15,203 nucleotides of DNA from Desulfurella sp. (GCA_031960885.1 JAVRLY010000030.1:1-15203); one strand, 5' to 3'. Positions 1 through 8,957 are shown, counted from the stretch's first letter. Notes: generated by a model from the letters alone, not told the origin. Made by a program: numbers and translations.

Positions 1-100
1 GATACATCTTTTGCGTTGCATCGTATGAATACTGTATCCTATCAATTTCTTCTTCTAAATATCTATCTTTTAATAACTGTTTTAAATAATCAAACTTCAT
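1..100 (-). CDS. N-terminal fragment of an FAD-linked oxidase (GlcD / D-lactate dehydrogenase-like); continues beyond the left edge
   Basis: Hand translation from ATG at 100: MKFDYLKQLLKDRYLEEEIDRIQYSYDATQKMY..., open to the edge. 'D..xYSYDAT' resembles the N-terminus of GlcD-type FAD_binding_4 proteins. Only 33 codons are visible and it is not in the ORF track. Confidence 0.6.
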   Translation of the reverse strand, partial: MKFDYLKQLLKDRYLEEEIDRIQYSYDATQKMY

Positions 101-109
101 TTTACGCTT

Positions 110-138
110 AATGTATAATAAGACAACCAAAAAGTCAA
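110..138 (-). promoter_or_regulatory. Putative sigma70 promoter for the GlcD-like gene
   Basis: Minus strand TTGACT (138-133), 17-bp spacer, TACATT (115-110), ending 9 nt before the ATG at 100. Confidence 0.45.
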
Positions 139-147
139 TTGTTGGTT

Positions 148-1494
148 TTAAGCATGTTGTTGTATGAAATTCTTTATTGCCTCTATGCTGTTATCTTCTA
201 TAAATTTTCTTTTTTTCGTTGAAAGCCTAGCCAAACCATCTGGTAAATCAGGCTCTTTACCAATTGCTTGTTTAATTGCATCGACAAACTTAGCTGGGTG
301 GGCCGTTGATAAACATACACATTGCCTTGCTTCATTAAAAGCAGCTTTTACACCGCACGCTGTATGTGGATCAATGATGTAATTGTATTTTTCATATAAT
401 TCCTTTATAGTTTGTAAGATTTCATCGTCGCTAATTCTATAAGCGGAAAAATCTCTGCGTATTTTTTCCATATCTTCTTTAAATTCAAGTAAACCATCGC
501 GCTCAAACGTTTTCATTAAATCTTTTACTTTTTGACAATCTTGATTGTATAAGTAATAAATGTATCTTTCAAAATTGCTTGCAACTTGTATATCCATAGA
601 TGGACTGAATGTTTTTTTAACGCTTTGTTTTGAGTATTCTCCAAAATTGACAAACCTATACAATATATCGTTTTCATTTGTAGCCAAAATTAGTCTATCA
701 ATAGGCAAACCCATGGACATAGCCAAATACCCTGCAAATATATCACCAAAATTGCCTGTTGGTACACTAAACGCTATAGGATGGTTCACTTTTGTGTACG
801 CATAATAATAGTAAGTAATTTGAGCTAAAATTCTTGCAAAATTTATAGAATTTATAGAACCCAGAGAATATTTTTCTTTGAACGCTATATCTTTAAAAAT
901 CTCTTTTATGATATATTGACAATCATCAAATGTTCCATTTACAGCTATTGGAAATACATTTTTATCATCAATATCGCACATCTGAAGCTCTTGCATTGGG
1001 CTTATTGTATTGTTTGGATAAAGTATAAAAACCTTGACATTGCGCTTTCCTTTTAAGCCATAAATGGCCGCACTACCCGTATCTCCGCTTGTTGCGCCAA
1101 GTATATTCAATGTTTGATTATTCTGGCTTAATATATACTCAAACAAATTACCTAAAAACTGTAATGCAATGTCTTTAAAAGCATACGTAGGCCCATGAAA
1201 TAGCTCAAGTATGTACAAATTGTCAAAATGCTTTAGAGGCGTAATTTCACAATCATTAAATGTGCTATAGCTTTTTTCGATTAGCTCAAAAATATCTTTT
1301 TCTTCAATATCCGAAATATACTTCTTAAATATTTCAAATGCAATGGATTTAAAATCCTTTTTTGCCAGCTCTTGTGGCAAAAGTCTTGGTATAAACTCTG
1401 GAACAATAAGACCGCCATCTGGCGCAAGTCCCATCATCACAGCATCTTTAAAATTAATGTTTTCTACACCACATCTTGTACTTTTATATAACAT
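148..1494 (-). CDS. thrC: Threonine synthase
   Basis: 448 aa with GLAPDGGL, ELFHGPTYAFKD (PLP lysine), GATSGDTGS, VPTGNFG, DPHTA and STAHPAKF. GGAG SD at 1504-1501. Confidence 0.97.
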   Translation of the reverse strand: MLYKSTRCGVENINFKDAVMMGLAPDGGLIVPEFIPRLLPQELAKKDFKSIAFEIFKKYISDIEEKDIFELIEKSYSTFNDCEITPLKHFDNLYILELFHGPTYAFKDIALQFLGNLFEYILSQNNQTLNILGATSGDTGSAAIYGLKGKRNVKVFILYPNNTISPMQELQMCDIDDKNVFPIAVNGTFDDCQYIIKEIFKDIAFKEKYSLGSINSINFARILAQITYYYYAYTKVNHPIAFSVPTGNFGDIFAGYLAMSMGLPIDRLILATNENDILYRFVNFGEYSKQSVKKTFSPSMDIQVASNFERYIYYLYNQDCQKVKDLMKTFERDGLLEFKEDMEKIRRDFSAYRISDDEILQTIKELYEKYNYIIDPHTACGVKAAFNEARQCVCLSTAHPAKFVDAIKQAIGKEPDLPDGLARLSTKKRKFIEDNSIEAIKNFIQQHA

Positions 1495-1504
1495 AAATTA
1501 CTCC

Positions 1505-2932
1505 TTATTTATAAGGTATGCTACTTGCACTGCCAGCAAAGTATTTTAAATCCTCATTCGTAAACTTCATACCCAAGCCTACAAAAGGTGATCTTGACTG
1601 ACTATTTAACAATTCATTAACGCCACCATACAGGTAAAAATGCCTCAAGATTCTATAAGAAGCTTGAACTCGTACTTGGGCATTATGGTCTCTTATATCA
1701 TTTGAATGATTGAAATCAAATGCATCTGCTGAAAGTTTCAAATCTGGTGTTGCGTAATAATCCGCCCCAACTCCAAATGTGGATTCTATAATACCGCCTC
1801 TTATGACTATATTGCCATATCGTTTACCCATTTCAGCATTAATTCTAATTCTTGTATCTTGGCTTGAAGGATTAGGAGTGTTTTCATAGTTTTTTTCATT
1901 GACAGCCTCAATTCTATAAAAACGATCTGGGGCTGTATAAATATTAACACCTGCAATACCCATAGAATTGCCACCACGCGTTAGGTAATCTCCTTGTACG
2001 TTTGCTTGAATTAATATTTTATTAATTTTGCCAAAATAATTTTTTAAATCTTTAAGTGTGCTATTTAAGTTGTCATACACACCTTCATCGTTTACAAGCT
2101 TACCTACAGTACCCTTTCCTTCATTAATTTTTCTTGAAATTTCATCAATATTTGCCGTTGCATTATTAATATTATTGTATATCTCATTCTTTGTCATCAA
2201 ACCACCAATTGTGCCTTTACCTTCTTTTATATTTTCTGTTAAATCATATACATTATTTAATGAAGAGTTGAGTTTACCCATTGATGCTTTTGCTTGTTCA
2301 AGTGTTGCTTTTAAATCTGGCCTTGATTGCAAAACTGTTTCATTTATGTTTGACATTGCCCTATCAAATGCGAGCATTGCTTGTTTTGCTTCCAAGATTG
2401 TAGCTCTTAAAGCAGCTCTATTTTCATTTACAACTTCGTTTAAATTTGCTGTTAAAACAGCAATGTTCTGTAGAGTTTTTGCCAAATTATCCCTATTTTG
2501 CTGATTCAACACTTCACTTGCACCACGCATTACATTGTTTAGACCAACTGCAGATTGAGCATAAACAAAAGATTGATTGTTAGCTAAATAAGTGTTACTT
2601 TTACCTTGCGTAATTTCAATGTATGTTTCACCAATTAAACCAGTAGATGATATTGAACAAATAGAATCCTTTGGTATTTTATATTGAGAATAAATATCCA
2701 TTGCTACTTTTGCACCGTTTCGAGTTAATTCAATGTTTCTAACATATCCGACCTCTACACCAGAAACTGTAACCTTTGCCTTTTCTTTTAAGCCTGATAC
2801 GTTGGAAAATGTAGCATACAATGTATATGTAGGATGCTTGCTCAAACTAAACTGACCTAATTTTATAGTCATTACACCAAATAGTATTATTATTGCAAAA
2901 GCAAAAAGCCCTATTATTGTCTCTTTTTTCAT
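1505..2932 (-). CDS. mlaD: Long MCE/MlaD-family protein: N-terminal TM, MCE domain, helical stalk, C-terminal beta-barrel-like domain
   Basis: Hydrophobic segment at about aa 6-23, then the MCE signature 'ATFSNVSGLKEKAKVTVSGVEVGYV...IPKDSICSISSTGLIGETYIEI'. Directly follows the mlaE/mlaF-type genes. Confidence 0.9.
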   Translation of the reverse strand: MKKETIIGLFAFAIIILFGVMTIKLGQFSLSKHPTYTLYATFSNVSGLKEKAKVTVSGVEVGYVRNIELTRNGAKVAMDIYSQYKIPKDSICSISSTGLIGETYIEITQGKSNTYLANNQSFVYAQSAVGLNNVMRGASEVLNQQNRDNLAKTLQNIAVLTANLNEVVNENRAALRATILEAKQAMLAFDRAMSNINETVLQSRPDLKATLEQAKASMGKLNSSLNNVYDLTENIKEGKGTIGGLMTKNEIYNNINNATANIDEISRKINEGKGTVGKLVNDEGVYDNLNSTLKDLKNYFGKINKILIQANVQGDYLTRGGNSMGIAGVNIYTAPDRFYRIEAVNEKNYENTPNPSSQDTRIRINAEMGKRYGNIVIRGGIIESTFGVGADYYATPDLKLSADAFDFNHSNDIRDHNAQVRVQASYRILRHFYLYGGVNELLNSQSRSPFVGLGMKFTNEDLKYFAGSASSIPYK

Positions 2933-2935
2933 TTA

Positions 2936-3667
2936 TTAGCCTCCTTTAAATGCTTCTAAAAATTCTCTCACAATTGGAGAGGTTAAATTAAAAAAATTAT
3001 CTTTTTTATCAAACTCTATGATTTTTCCCCCATCCAAAAAACCTATAAAATCTGCAACAAAGTTTGCTACGTCTAAATCGTGTGTAATAACCAAACATGT
3101 TGTATTTAATTTGGATTTCATATCTTTAATAAGTTTTGCTATTGCATATGAAACAATGGGGTCTAACCCAGTTGTTGGTTCATCAAAAAATATTATTTCT
3201 GGCTTTGTAATAATTGCTCTTGCTAAACCGACACGTTTTTTCATACCACCAGAAAGCTCACTTGGGTATTTTTCTTCAACACCTTCAAGTCCTACCAAAC
3301 TTAATACACGCTTAACTTCTTCTTTAACCATATTTTTGCTAATCAATTTATGTTCAACTACTGGAAATGCTACATTTTCAAATACTGTCATTGAATCAAA
3401 TAAAGCAGCTTCTTGAAAAAGAACGCCAAACTTCATCCTTACTTTGTTAAACTCTTTCAATTTCATCTTTAACAAGTCTTTATTTTTATATATTATTTCA
3501 CCTGAATCTGGCTTTAGTGTTCCAATAATGCTTTTTATAAAAACACTTTTACCTTGACCGCTTTTGCCTAAAATTACTGTGATTTTGCCTTCTTGAATAT
3601 TTAGGTTCAAATCATTAAGTACTATTTGTTTGCCAAAGGTTTTTTTTAAATTTTTAATCTCTATCAT
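2936..3667 (-). CDS. mlaF: ABC transporter ATP-binding subunit, MlaF/Mkl type
   Basis: Walker A GKSGQGKS, Q-loop FQEAALFDSMTV, signature LSGGMKKRVGLARA, Walker B FFDEPTTGLDP and H-loop ITHD. Confidence 0.93.
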   Translation of the reverse strand: MIEIKNLKKTFGKQIVLNDLNLNIQEGKITVILGKSGQGKSVFIKSIIGTLKPDSGEIIYKNKDLLKMKLKEFNKVRMKFGVLFQEAALFDSMTVFENVAFPVVEHKLISKNMVKEEVKRVLSLVGLEGVEEKYPSELSGGMKKRVGLARAIITKPEIIFFDEPTTGLDPIVSYAIAKLIKDMKSKLNTTCLVITHDLDVANFVADFIGFLDGGKIIEFDKKDNFFNLTSPIVREFLEAFKGG

Positions 3668-4435
3668 CTAAAATAAAAAAGCTGATAAAATATAATCAGC
3701 AATTAAAATTGTAACACTTGAAACTACAACTGCTTTTGTAGTAGACAATCCCACACCTTTTGCGCCTTTTGTTGCATTTAAACCCATATAGCAACCAATT
3801 GAAGAAATAAACCAACCAAATATTGCCGCTTTAATAAAACCATAAGTTAAATCGCTCAAATCAAGGTATTGTCTTATATTATCAATATATGCACTAGGAT
3901 TTACTTTTAATATAAATACACCTACAATATAGCCTCCAACATTGCCAACAACATTTGATAGAGCAACAAGAAATGGTAACATTACAATAGTTGCTATAAC
4001 GCGTGGTGTCACTATATAATTAATCGGATCGACTGCCATGACTTCCATTGCGTCTATTTGCTCCGTTATCTTCATTGTACCAATTTCCGCACTCATTGCA
4101 GATATATTTCTTGCAACAATCATCAAAGCTGTAAACACTGGAGAAAGCTCGCGCCCCAAAGACACTGCTACAGTATATCCTATCATGTTTTCAGCTCCAA
4201 ATTTTTGAAAACCGTGGTAAATTTGCAAAGCTTCAACCATACCAATAAATAGCGATGTTAAAATTACAATAAAACTTGATGTAACACCAATTGTGTAAAA
4301 TTGATCTACTGTTTGTTTTAATCTCAGTGAACCTTTAGCAATATTCAAAAGAGCATTTACAGATAATATAACAACACCACCTAATCCCTCTATAAAATCA
4401 ACTATCAACGTTCCTAAAAATGTAAATACAAACAT
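3668..4435 (-). CDS. mlaE: ABC transporter permease, MlaE family
   Basis: Hydrophobic 255 aa with RELSPVFTALM, AEIGTMKITEQIDAMEVMAVDPINYIVTPR and GAKGVGLSTTKAVV motifs. Confidence 0.95.
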   Translation of the reverse strand: MFVFTFLGTLIVDFIEGLGGVVILSVNALLNIAKGSLRLKQTVDQFYTIGVTSSFIVILTSLFIGMVEALQIYHGFQKFGAENMIGYTVAVSLGRELSPVFTALMIVARNISAMSAEIGTMKITEQIDAMEVMAVDPINYIVTPRVIATIVMLPFLVALSNVVGNVGGYIVGVFILKVNPSAYIDNIRQYLDLSDLTYGFIKAAIFGWFISSIGCYMGLNATKGAKGVGLSTTKAVVVSSVTILIADYILSAFLF

Positions 4436-5542
4436 TTACAAATAAACCCTTTTAACCCTCAAACTCTTTCCAATATTTGTAAGAATTTCATAGTTTATTG
4501 TTGAAGAAAGTTGAGCTAAATTATCAGCATCAACTTTGTAATTTTCGCTTTCTCCTAAAATAATTACCTCATCTCCAACCTTTACATCAACATTGCTAAT
4601 ATCTATAGCAAACATATCCATGCAAATGGTGCCAACGCTTTTACATAATTTATTCTTTACAATAACGCTAAATTTATTAGATAAAGCTCTAAATAAGCCA
4701 TCTGCGTAACCAAATGCAACAACAGCAATGTCCATATCACAATTAGCTATAAAAGTTGGACCATAACTAACACCTTCGCCTTTTTTTAAAGTATGTTTGC
4801 TTATAATAAAACTCTTTATGCTCATAGCAGGCTTTATATTAAGTGGATTGCTTTCTTGTTTTTTAGGATAATAACCATACAGAGCAATACCCGCCCTTAC
4901 AGCATTAAAGTGCGAGCCTTTATTATTTAATATAGCGCCACTATTTGCTATGTGATAGTACCTTAAATTTATGTTATGCAATTTTATTTCTTCAATAATT
5001 TTGTTAAAAACATTAAGCTGTTCATTAGTTCTATCAAAATCAGATTCTGAGCTTGAGAAATGCGACATAATACCAGCAAGATCAATGTAATCTTTGTTTT
5101 TATTATATAGTTCTAAAATTTCATCTAAGTCAGAGTGTAAAAAACCAAGCCTATTCATTCCTGTATTGAATTTTATATGTATAGGAAACTTGTATTTTTT
5201 ATTTCTTGCAACATCTATAATGTTTTTGAAAATAGAAAAATCTCCTACAACAGCAGTTAAATTGTAGTTATATAGATCTTCTATATCTTCAACTCTACTT
5301 AACACCAGTATATCCTTATCAACATGATTTTTCCTTAATTCTATAGCTTCTTGTGTGCAAGCTACTGCAAAATAACTTTTGACAAACTCTCTTAGTTTTA
5401 AAGCAACAGCTATGGCTCCATGACCATATGCATCTGCTTTTATTACAGGTATAACTTCTACATTGCTACCAACATAATTTTGTATATTTTGAAAATTTTC
5501 TACAATTGCCTTTAAGTAAATTTCTTGCCTTACTTCATGCAT
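4436..5542 (-). CDS. alr: Alanine racemase
   Basis: VIKADAYGHG (PLP lysine), HIKFNTGMNRLG, SHFSSSE, GVSYG (catalytic Tyr), GYADG and ICMD motifs. Confidence 0.97.
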   Translation of the reverse strand: MHEVRQEIYLKAIVENFQNIQNYVGSNVEVIPVIKADAYGHGAIAVALKLREFVKSYFAVACTQEAIELRKNHVDKDILVLSRVEDIEDLYNYNLTAVVGDFSIFKNIIDVARNKKYKFPIHIKFNTGMNRLGFLHSDLDEILELYNKNKDYIDLAGIMSHFSSSESDFDRTNEQLNVFNKIIEEIKLHNINLRYYHIANSGAILNNKGSHFNAVRAGIALYGYYPKKQESNPLNIKPAMSIKSFIISKHTLKKGEGVSYGPTFIANCDMDIAVVAFGYADGLFRALSNKFSVIVKNKLCKSVGTICMDMFAIDISNVDVKVGDEVIILGESENYKVDADNLAQLSSTINYEILTNIGKSLRVKRVYL

Positions 5543-5566
5543 TTAGACATTACCTTATTCGGTTTC

Positions 5567-5575
5567 ATTTTATCA
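5567..5575 (-). promoter_or_regulatory. Putative extended -10 promoter element for the alr-mlaEFD-thrC unit
   Basis: Minus strand TGATAAAAT (TGn + TAAAAT) just downstream of the sdhB terminator and about 25 nt upstream of the alr ATG. No good -35 is visible. Confidence 0.4.
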
Positions 5576-5591
5576 TAAAAAACGATTTTTT

Positions 5592-5626
5592 AAAAGAAAA
5601 AAAGAAGGGCGAAAAACACCCTTCTT
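5592..5626 (-). terminator. Rho-independent terminator after sdhB
   Basis: Minus-strand RNA AAGAAGGGUG-UUUUU-CGCCCUUCUU (10-bp stem with one G-U) followed by UUUUUCUUUU, starting 6 nt after the sdhB stop. Confidence 0.85.
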
Positions 5627-5632
5627 GTGGTA

Positions 5633-6355
5633 TTAATATGTGCGTTTTAAAATCTCTTTTTGAAGTGAAGCTATCGCTTTGGTTGGATTTAATTCTTTTG
5701 GACATGCATGGATACAATTTAGTATTGTATGACAACGCCATACACCATGAATATTGTTTACAGCATCCAATCTTTCATCACTTCCCTCATCCCTTGTATC
5801 CATAACAAAACGAGCAGCATTCAATAGTGCACTAGGACCTAAATAATCCCTATCTGCCCAGTAAGATGGGCATGAGCTAGAGCAACAACCACACAAGATA
5901 CACTCATACAAACCATCAATTTTGGCTCTATCTTCAATACTTTGCAATCTTTCTATGCCAGGTGGGGGTGTTTTTTCAATCAAATATGGTTTAACTGCAT
6001 AGTATTTGTTAAAAAAGTCAGTAAAATCGCATACTAAATCTTTTATTACAGGCAACCCCGGCAATGGTTTAATTGTTAATACATTGCTGTTATAATCGTC
6101 GATGTGTGCCATACAAGAAGTTGTATTCATACCGTTTATATTCATACCATCAGAACCGCACACACCCTCTCTACAGCTTCTTCTATAAGATAAAGAACCA
6201 TCTATATGCCATTTGATTTGATTTAAGCCATCTAAAACCATCATACCTTTTTTTTCGATGGTAACTTCATAATCTTTAAAATAAGGAGCTTTATCTTTGG
6301 CAGGATCATACCTAAATATTTTAAATATTACTTTATCTCCAGCATTTAATGACAT
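5633..6355 (-). CDS. sdhB: Succinate dehydrogenase/fumarate reductase iron-sulfur subunit
   Basis: [2Fe-2S] motif SCREGVCGSD...C, then CILCGCCSSSCPSYW and CHTILNCIHACPK. AGGAGG SD upstream. Confidence 0.96.
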   Translation of the reverse strand: MSLNAGDKVIFKIFRYDPAKDKAPYFKDYEVTIEKKGMMVLDGLNQIKWHIDGSLSYRRSCREGVCGSDGMNINGMNTTSCMAHIDDYNSNVLTIKPLPGLPVIKDLVCDFTDFFNKYYAVKPYLIEKTPPPGIERLQSIEDRAKIDGLYECILCGCCSSSCPSYWADRDYLGPSALLNAARFVMDTRDEGSDERLDAVNNIHGVWRCHTILNCIHACPKELNPTKAIASLQKEILKRTY

Positions 6356-6367
6356 CTTGCCCCTCCT

Positions 6368-8179
6368 TTAATATACCCTTTTCTTTGGTGGGAATGTAGG
6401 CGCTGTAGCACCTTTCATTCTAACTGGTTTATAATCTAATTCTACTTTCCCATCTTTCCATCTAACAAGGGTATGTTTTAGCCAATTAACATCATCTCGC
6501 TCAGGATAATCATCCCTGAAATGTCCGCCACGGCTTTCCTGTCTCGCCAATGCTGCTTCCGTTTCTACTCTTGAAACATACAGCAACGACTCAAGCTCAA
6601 GCAATTCAATCAGTTCAGTGTTAAAATATGGACTTTTATCCGTCATGCCTACTTTTTTAAATTCTTCAAAATAATTGTCAATCTCTTTAACCTGTTCTTT
6701 TAAGTCTTTTTCAATTCTAAACACAGACATATTGTGTTGCATCGAATCCCTTAATCTTTCCCAAATATTATCCATCTTTATCTCGCCAGGTCCACCATCA
6801 AAATAAGCTTTGACCTGTTCAATGGTTTCTTTGCCATACTCATCGGCTATATTTTCAAGTGGCGGTAATGGAAATTCTGGTTGTTCTTCTAGTATATATT
6901 TCGCTGCATTTTGGCCTGCTTGTTTACCGTTTATAACTATATCAAGTAACGAGTTAGTTCCAAGCCTATTTGCACCGTGAACAGATTGACATGCACATTC
7001 ACCAGCTGCATACAAGCCCGGAATGCGTACCTCTTTTTCGCCGTCCCAATTTACCACTTCGCCTTTAATATTGGTTGGTATACCGCCCATATGGTAGTGA
7101 GCAGTAGGTTGCACAGGAATTGGTTCTTTTGTAGAATCTACGCCAACAAATTTATATGCAAGCTCCCAAATACCAGGAAGCCTTGACATAATCAAATCTT
7201 TGCCTAAATGGTCTAGTTTTAGCAATATATGGTCTTTTTTAGGACCAACGCCTCTACCTTCCCTTACTTCTGTTGCCATAGCACGAGAAACAACGTCTCG
7301 GGACGCTAAATCCATAACCTTTGGCGCATATTTTGGCATAAAACGCTCACCAAGACCATTTAGTAAATATCCACCCTCGCCTCTAACACTTTCTGTAATT
7401 AGGTTTCCAACACCGTAGATGCCAGTTGGGTGAAATTGAATAAATTCTGGGTCTTCAATGGGTACGCCCGCTTTCAAACATAGTTTCCAACCATCTCCTG
7501 TATTTACATGTGCATTGGTACCAGTCCTGTAGTTTCTCGTGTTGCCGCCAGTTGCAAAAATGACAGCTTGGCCAAAAAACATTGTGAAACCACCATTTAC
7601 CATATCCCATGCAAGAATTCCTATTGCTTTGCCAGTTTCTTTATCTCTAAATAATTCAGCTGCATAGTATTCTGTATAGTAGCTTACATATTGAACTATT
7701 TCTGGTCTAAGCGTGCGCTCAAATAACGCGTGCAGCAATGCATGTCCTGATCTATCAGCTATTGCACATGATCTTTGAACTGCAGCTTCGCCAAAATTTC
7801 TTGTGTGTCCACCAAATCTTCTTTGGTAAATAGTGCCATTTTCATTTCTAGAAAAAGGCACACCCCAATGTTCCAACTCATATATAGTCTCAGGTGCGTG
7901 TTTAATAAACTCTTCTATAGCATCTTGGTCACCTAAGTAATCAGAGCCTTTAACAGTATCATACATATGCCAAATCCAGTGGTCTTCTTCCATGTTTCCA
8001 AGTGCAGCTGCTATGCCACCCTGAGCAGACACAGTATGTGATCTTGTAGGATAAACTTCTGTTATAACAGCTGTTTTTAATTTAGCTAAACCTGTTTGCA
8101 CAGCGGCAGCCAAACCTGCGCCGCCTGCACCAACTATAATAACATCAAAAACTTCAAGTTTTACATTAATATCAGCCAC
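6368..8179 (-). CDS. sdhA: Succinate dehydrogenase/fumarate reductase flavoprotein subunit (GTG start)
   Basis: GAGGAG dinucleotide fold, RSHTVSAQGG (covalent FAD His), QFHPT, ESVRGEGG, RDVVSR, HYHMGG, HGANRLGTNSL and ESRGGHFR. AGGAGG at 8190-8185. Confidence 0.97.
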   Translation of the reverse strand: MADINVKLEVFDVIIVGAGGAGLAAAVQTGLAKLKTAVITEVYPTRSHTVSAQGGIAAALGNMEEDHWIWHMYDTVKGSDYLGDQDAIEEFIKHAPETIYELEHWGVPFSRNENGTIYQRRFGGHTRNFGEAAVQRSCAIADRSGHALLHALFERTLRPEIVQYVSYYTEYYAAELFRDKETGKAIGILAWDMVNGGFTMFFGQAVIFATGGNTRNYRTGTNAHVNTGDGWKLCLKAGVPIEDPEFIQFHPTGIYGVGNLITESVRGEGGYLLNGLGERFMPKYAPKVMDLASRDVVSRAMATEVREGRGVGPKKDHILLKLDHLGKDLIMSRLPGIWELAYKFVGVDSTKEPIPVQPTAHYHMGGIPTNIKGEVVNWDGEKEVRIPGLYAAGECACQSVHGANRLGTNSLLDIVINGKQAGQNAAKYILEEQPEFPLPPLENIADEYGKETIEQVKAYFDGGPGEIKMDNIWERLRDSMQHNMSVFRIEKDLKEQVKEIDNYFEEFKKVGMTDKSPYFNTELIELLELESLLYVSRVETEAALARQESRGGHFRDDYPERDDVNWLKHTLVRWKDGKVELDYKPVRMKGATAPTFPPKKRVY

Positions 8180-8191
8180 ATCAGCCTCCTT

Positions 8192-8572
8192 TTAGCCCTT
8201 AAATGGTATAATTGTAAGTGCAGCTAACACCCAATACAATACGCCAACTACCCAAAAAAATCCTTTCCAAAAAACTCTCCAACCTGAATATACATAGTCT
8301 TCTATAACCATAAATATGCCATTTATACCATGATAAAGGGCAAATGTGACAAATGTCATATCAAACAACTTCCAGCCTAAATCAGACAGTCTTGCTGCAA
8401 CTGCTGCATATCCAGCACCACCCACAGGCGCACTTATAAAATGTTGTATAAAAAAATGGCCTAAAAGTAATACTAACAATGCAATACCAGAGACTCGTTG
8501 CATTAGCCAGTTAAATTCGCCGGATTTACTACTGCCTTGATACCTATCAATATATCCTCTCATGTATTCCAT
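8192..8572 (-). CDS. sdhD: Succinate dehydrogenase hydrophobic membrane anchor subunit
   Basis: 126 aa with three TM segments, WLMQRVSG, LLLGHF and YHGINGI...EDY. Lies between sdhC and sdhA. Confidence 0.9.
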   Translation of the reverse strand: MEYMRGYIDRYQGSSKSGEFNWLMQRVSGIALLVLLLGHFFIQHFISAPVGGAGYAAVAARLSDLGWKLFDMTFVTFALYHGINGIFMVIEDYVYSGWRVFWKGFFWVVGVLYWVLAALTIIPFKG

Positions 8573-8582
8573 ATACTACCTC

Positions 8583-8957
8583 CTAGCCAGCCAAACCCAT
8601 TAACATAGGTATAGCGCCTGCTACAAATACTAATGCAAAAATTACCCAAAAAACCCACACATTAGTCTTGTAATTACTGCGTTCAGCAAAACCTGCAAAA
8701 TTAACAAGCACAACTCTTAAACCATTTACTGCATGGTATGCCGCAACAAGCCATAAACCCACTTCTAACAATTTAAAAACTGGGCTTTCCAATACACCCA
8801 TAGCTTGAGAGTAACTCTGTGGATTTTGGAGGGTAGAAATTACCCATTCATGGGCAAAAAGGTACAAAATCAACAATAAACCAGTAATTCTGTGTAAAAC
8901 CCAAGCCACAAAACCTTCGTGCCACTTATAAGATGCACTTGGTTGATACCAATTCAT
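8583..8957 (-). CDS. sdhC: Succinate dehydrogenase cytochrome b subunit
   Basis: 124 aa with three TM segments, WVLHRITG, YLFAHE and YHAVNGLR. Confidence 0.92.
   Translation of the reverse strand: MNWYQPSASYKWHEGFVAWVLHRITGLLLILYLFAHEWVISTLQNPQSYSQAMGVLESPVFKLLEVGLWLVAAYHAVNGLRVVLVNFAGFAERSNYKTNVWVFWVIFALVFVAGAIPMLMGLAG

Noticed and set aside
3639..3650. Homopolymer runs (A8 on the mlaF coding strand, A8 near 12185 in GDH) as phase-variation or frameshift sites
   Set aside because: Reading frames are intact and such runs are common at this AT content.
5506..5805. 99-aa plus-strand ORF spanning the alr-sdhB junction
   Set aside because: It overlaps both genes in antisense and runs through the terminator, with no RBS or family resemblance.
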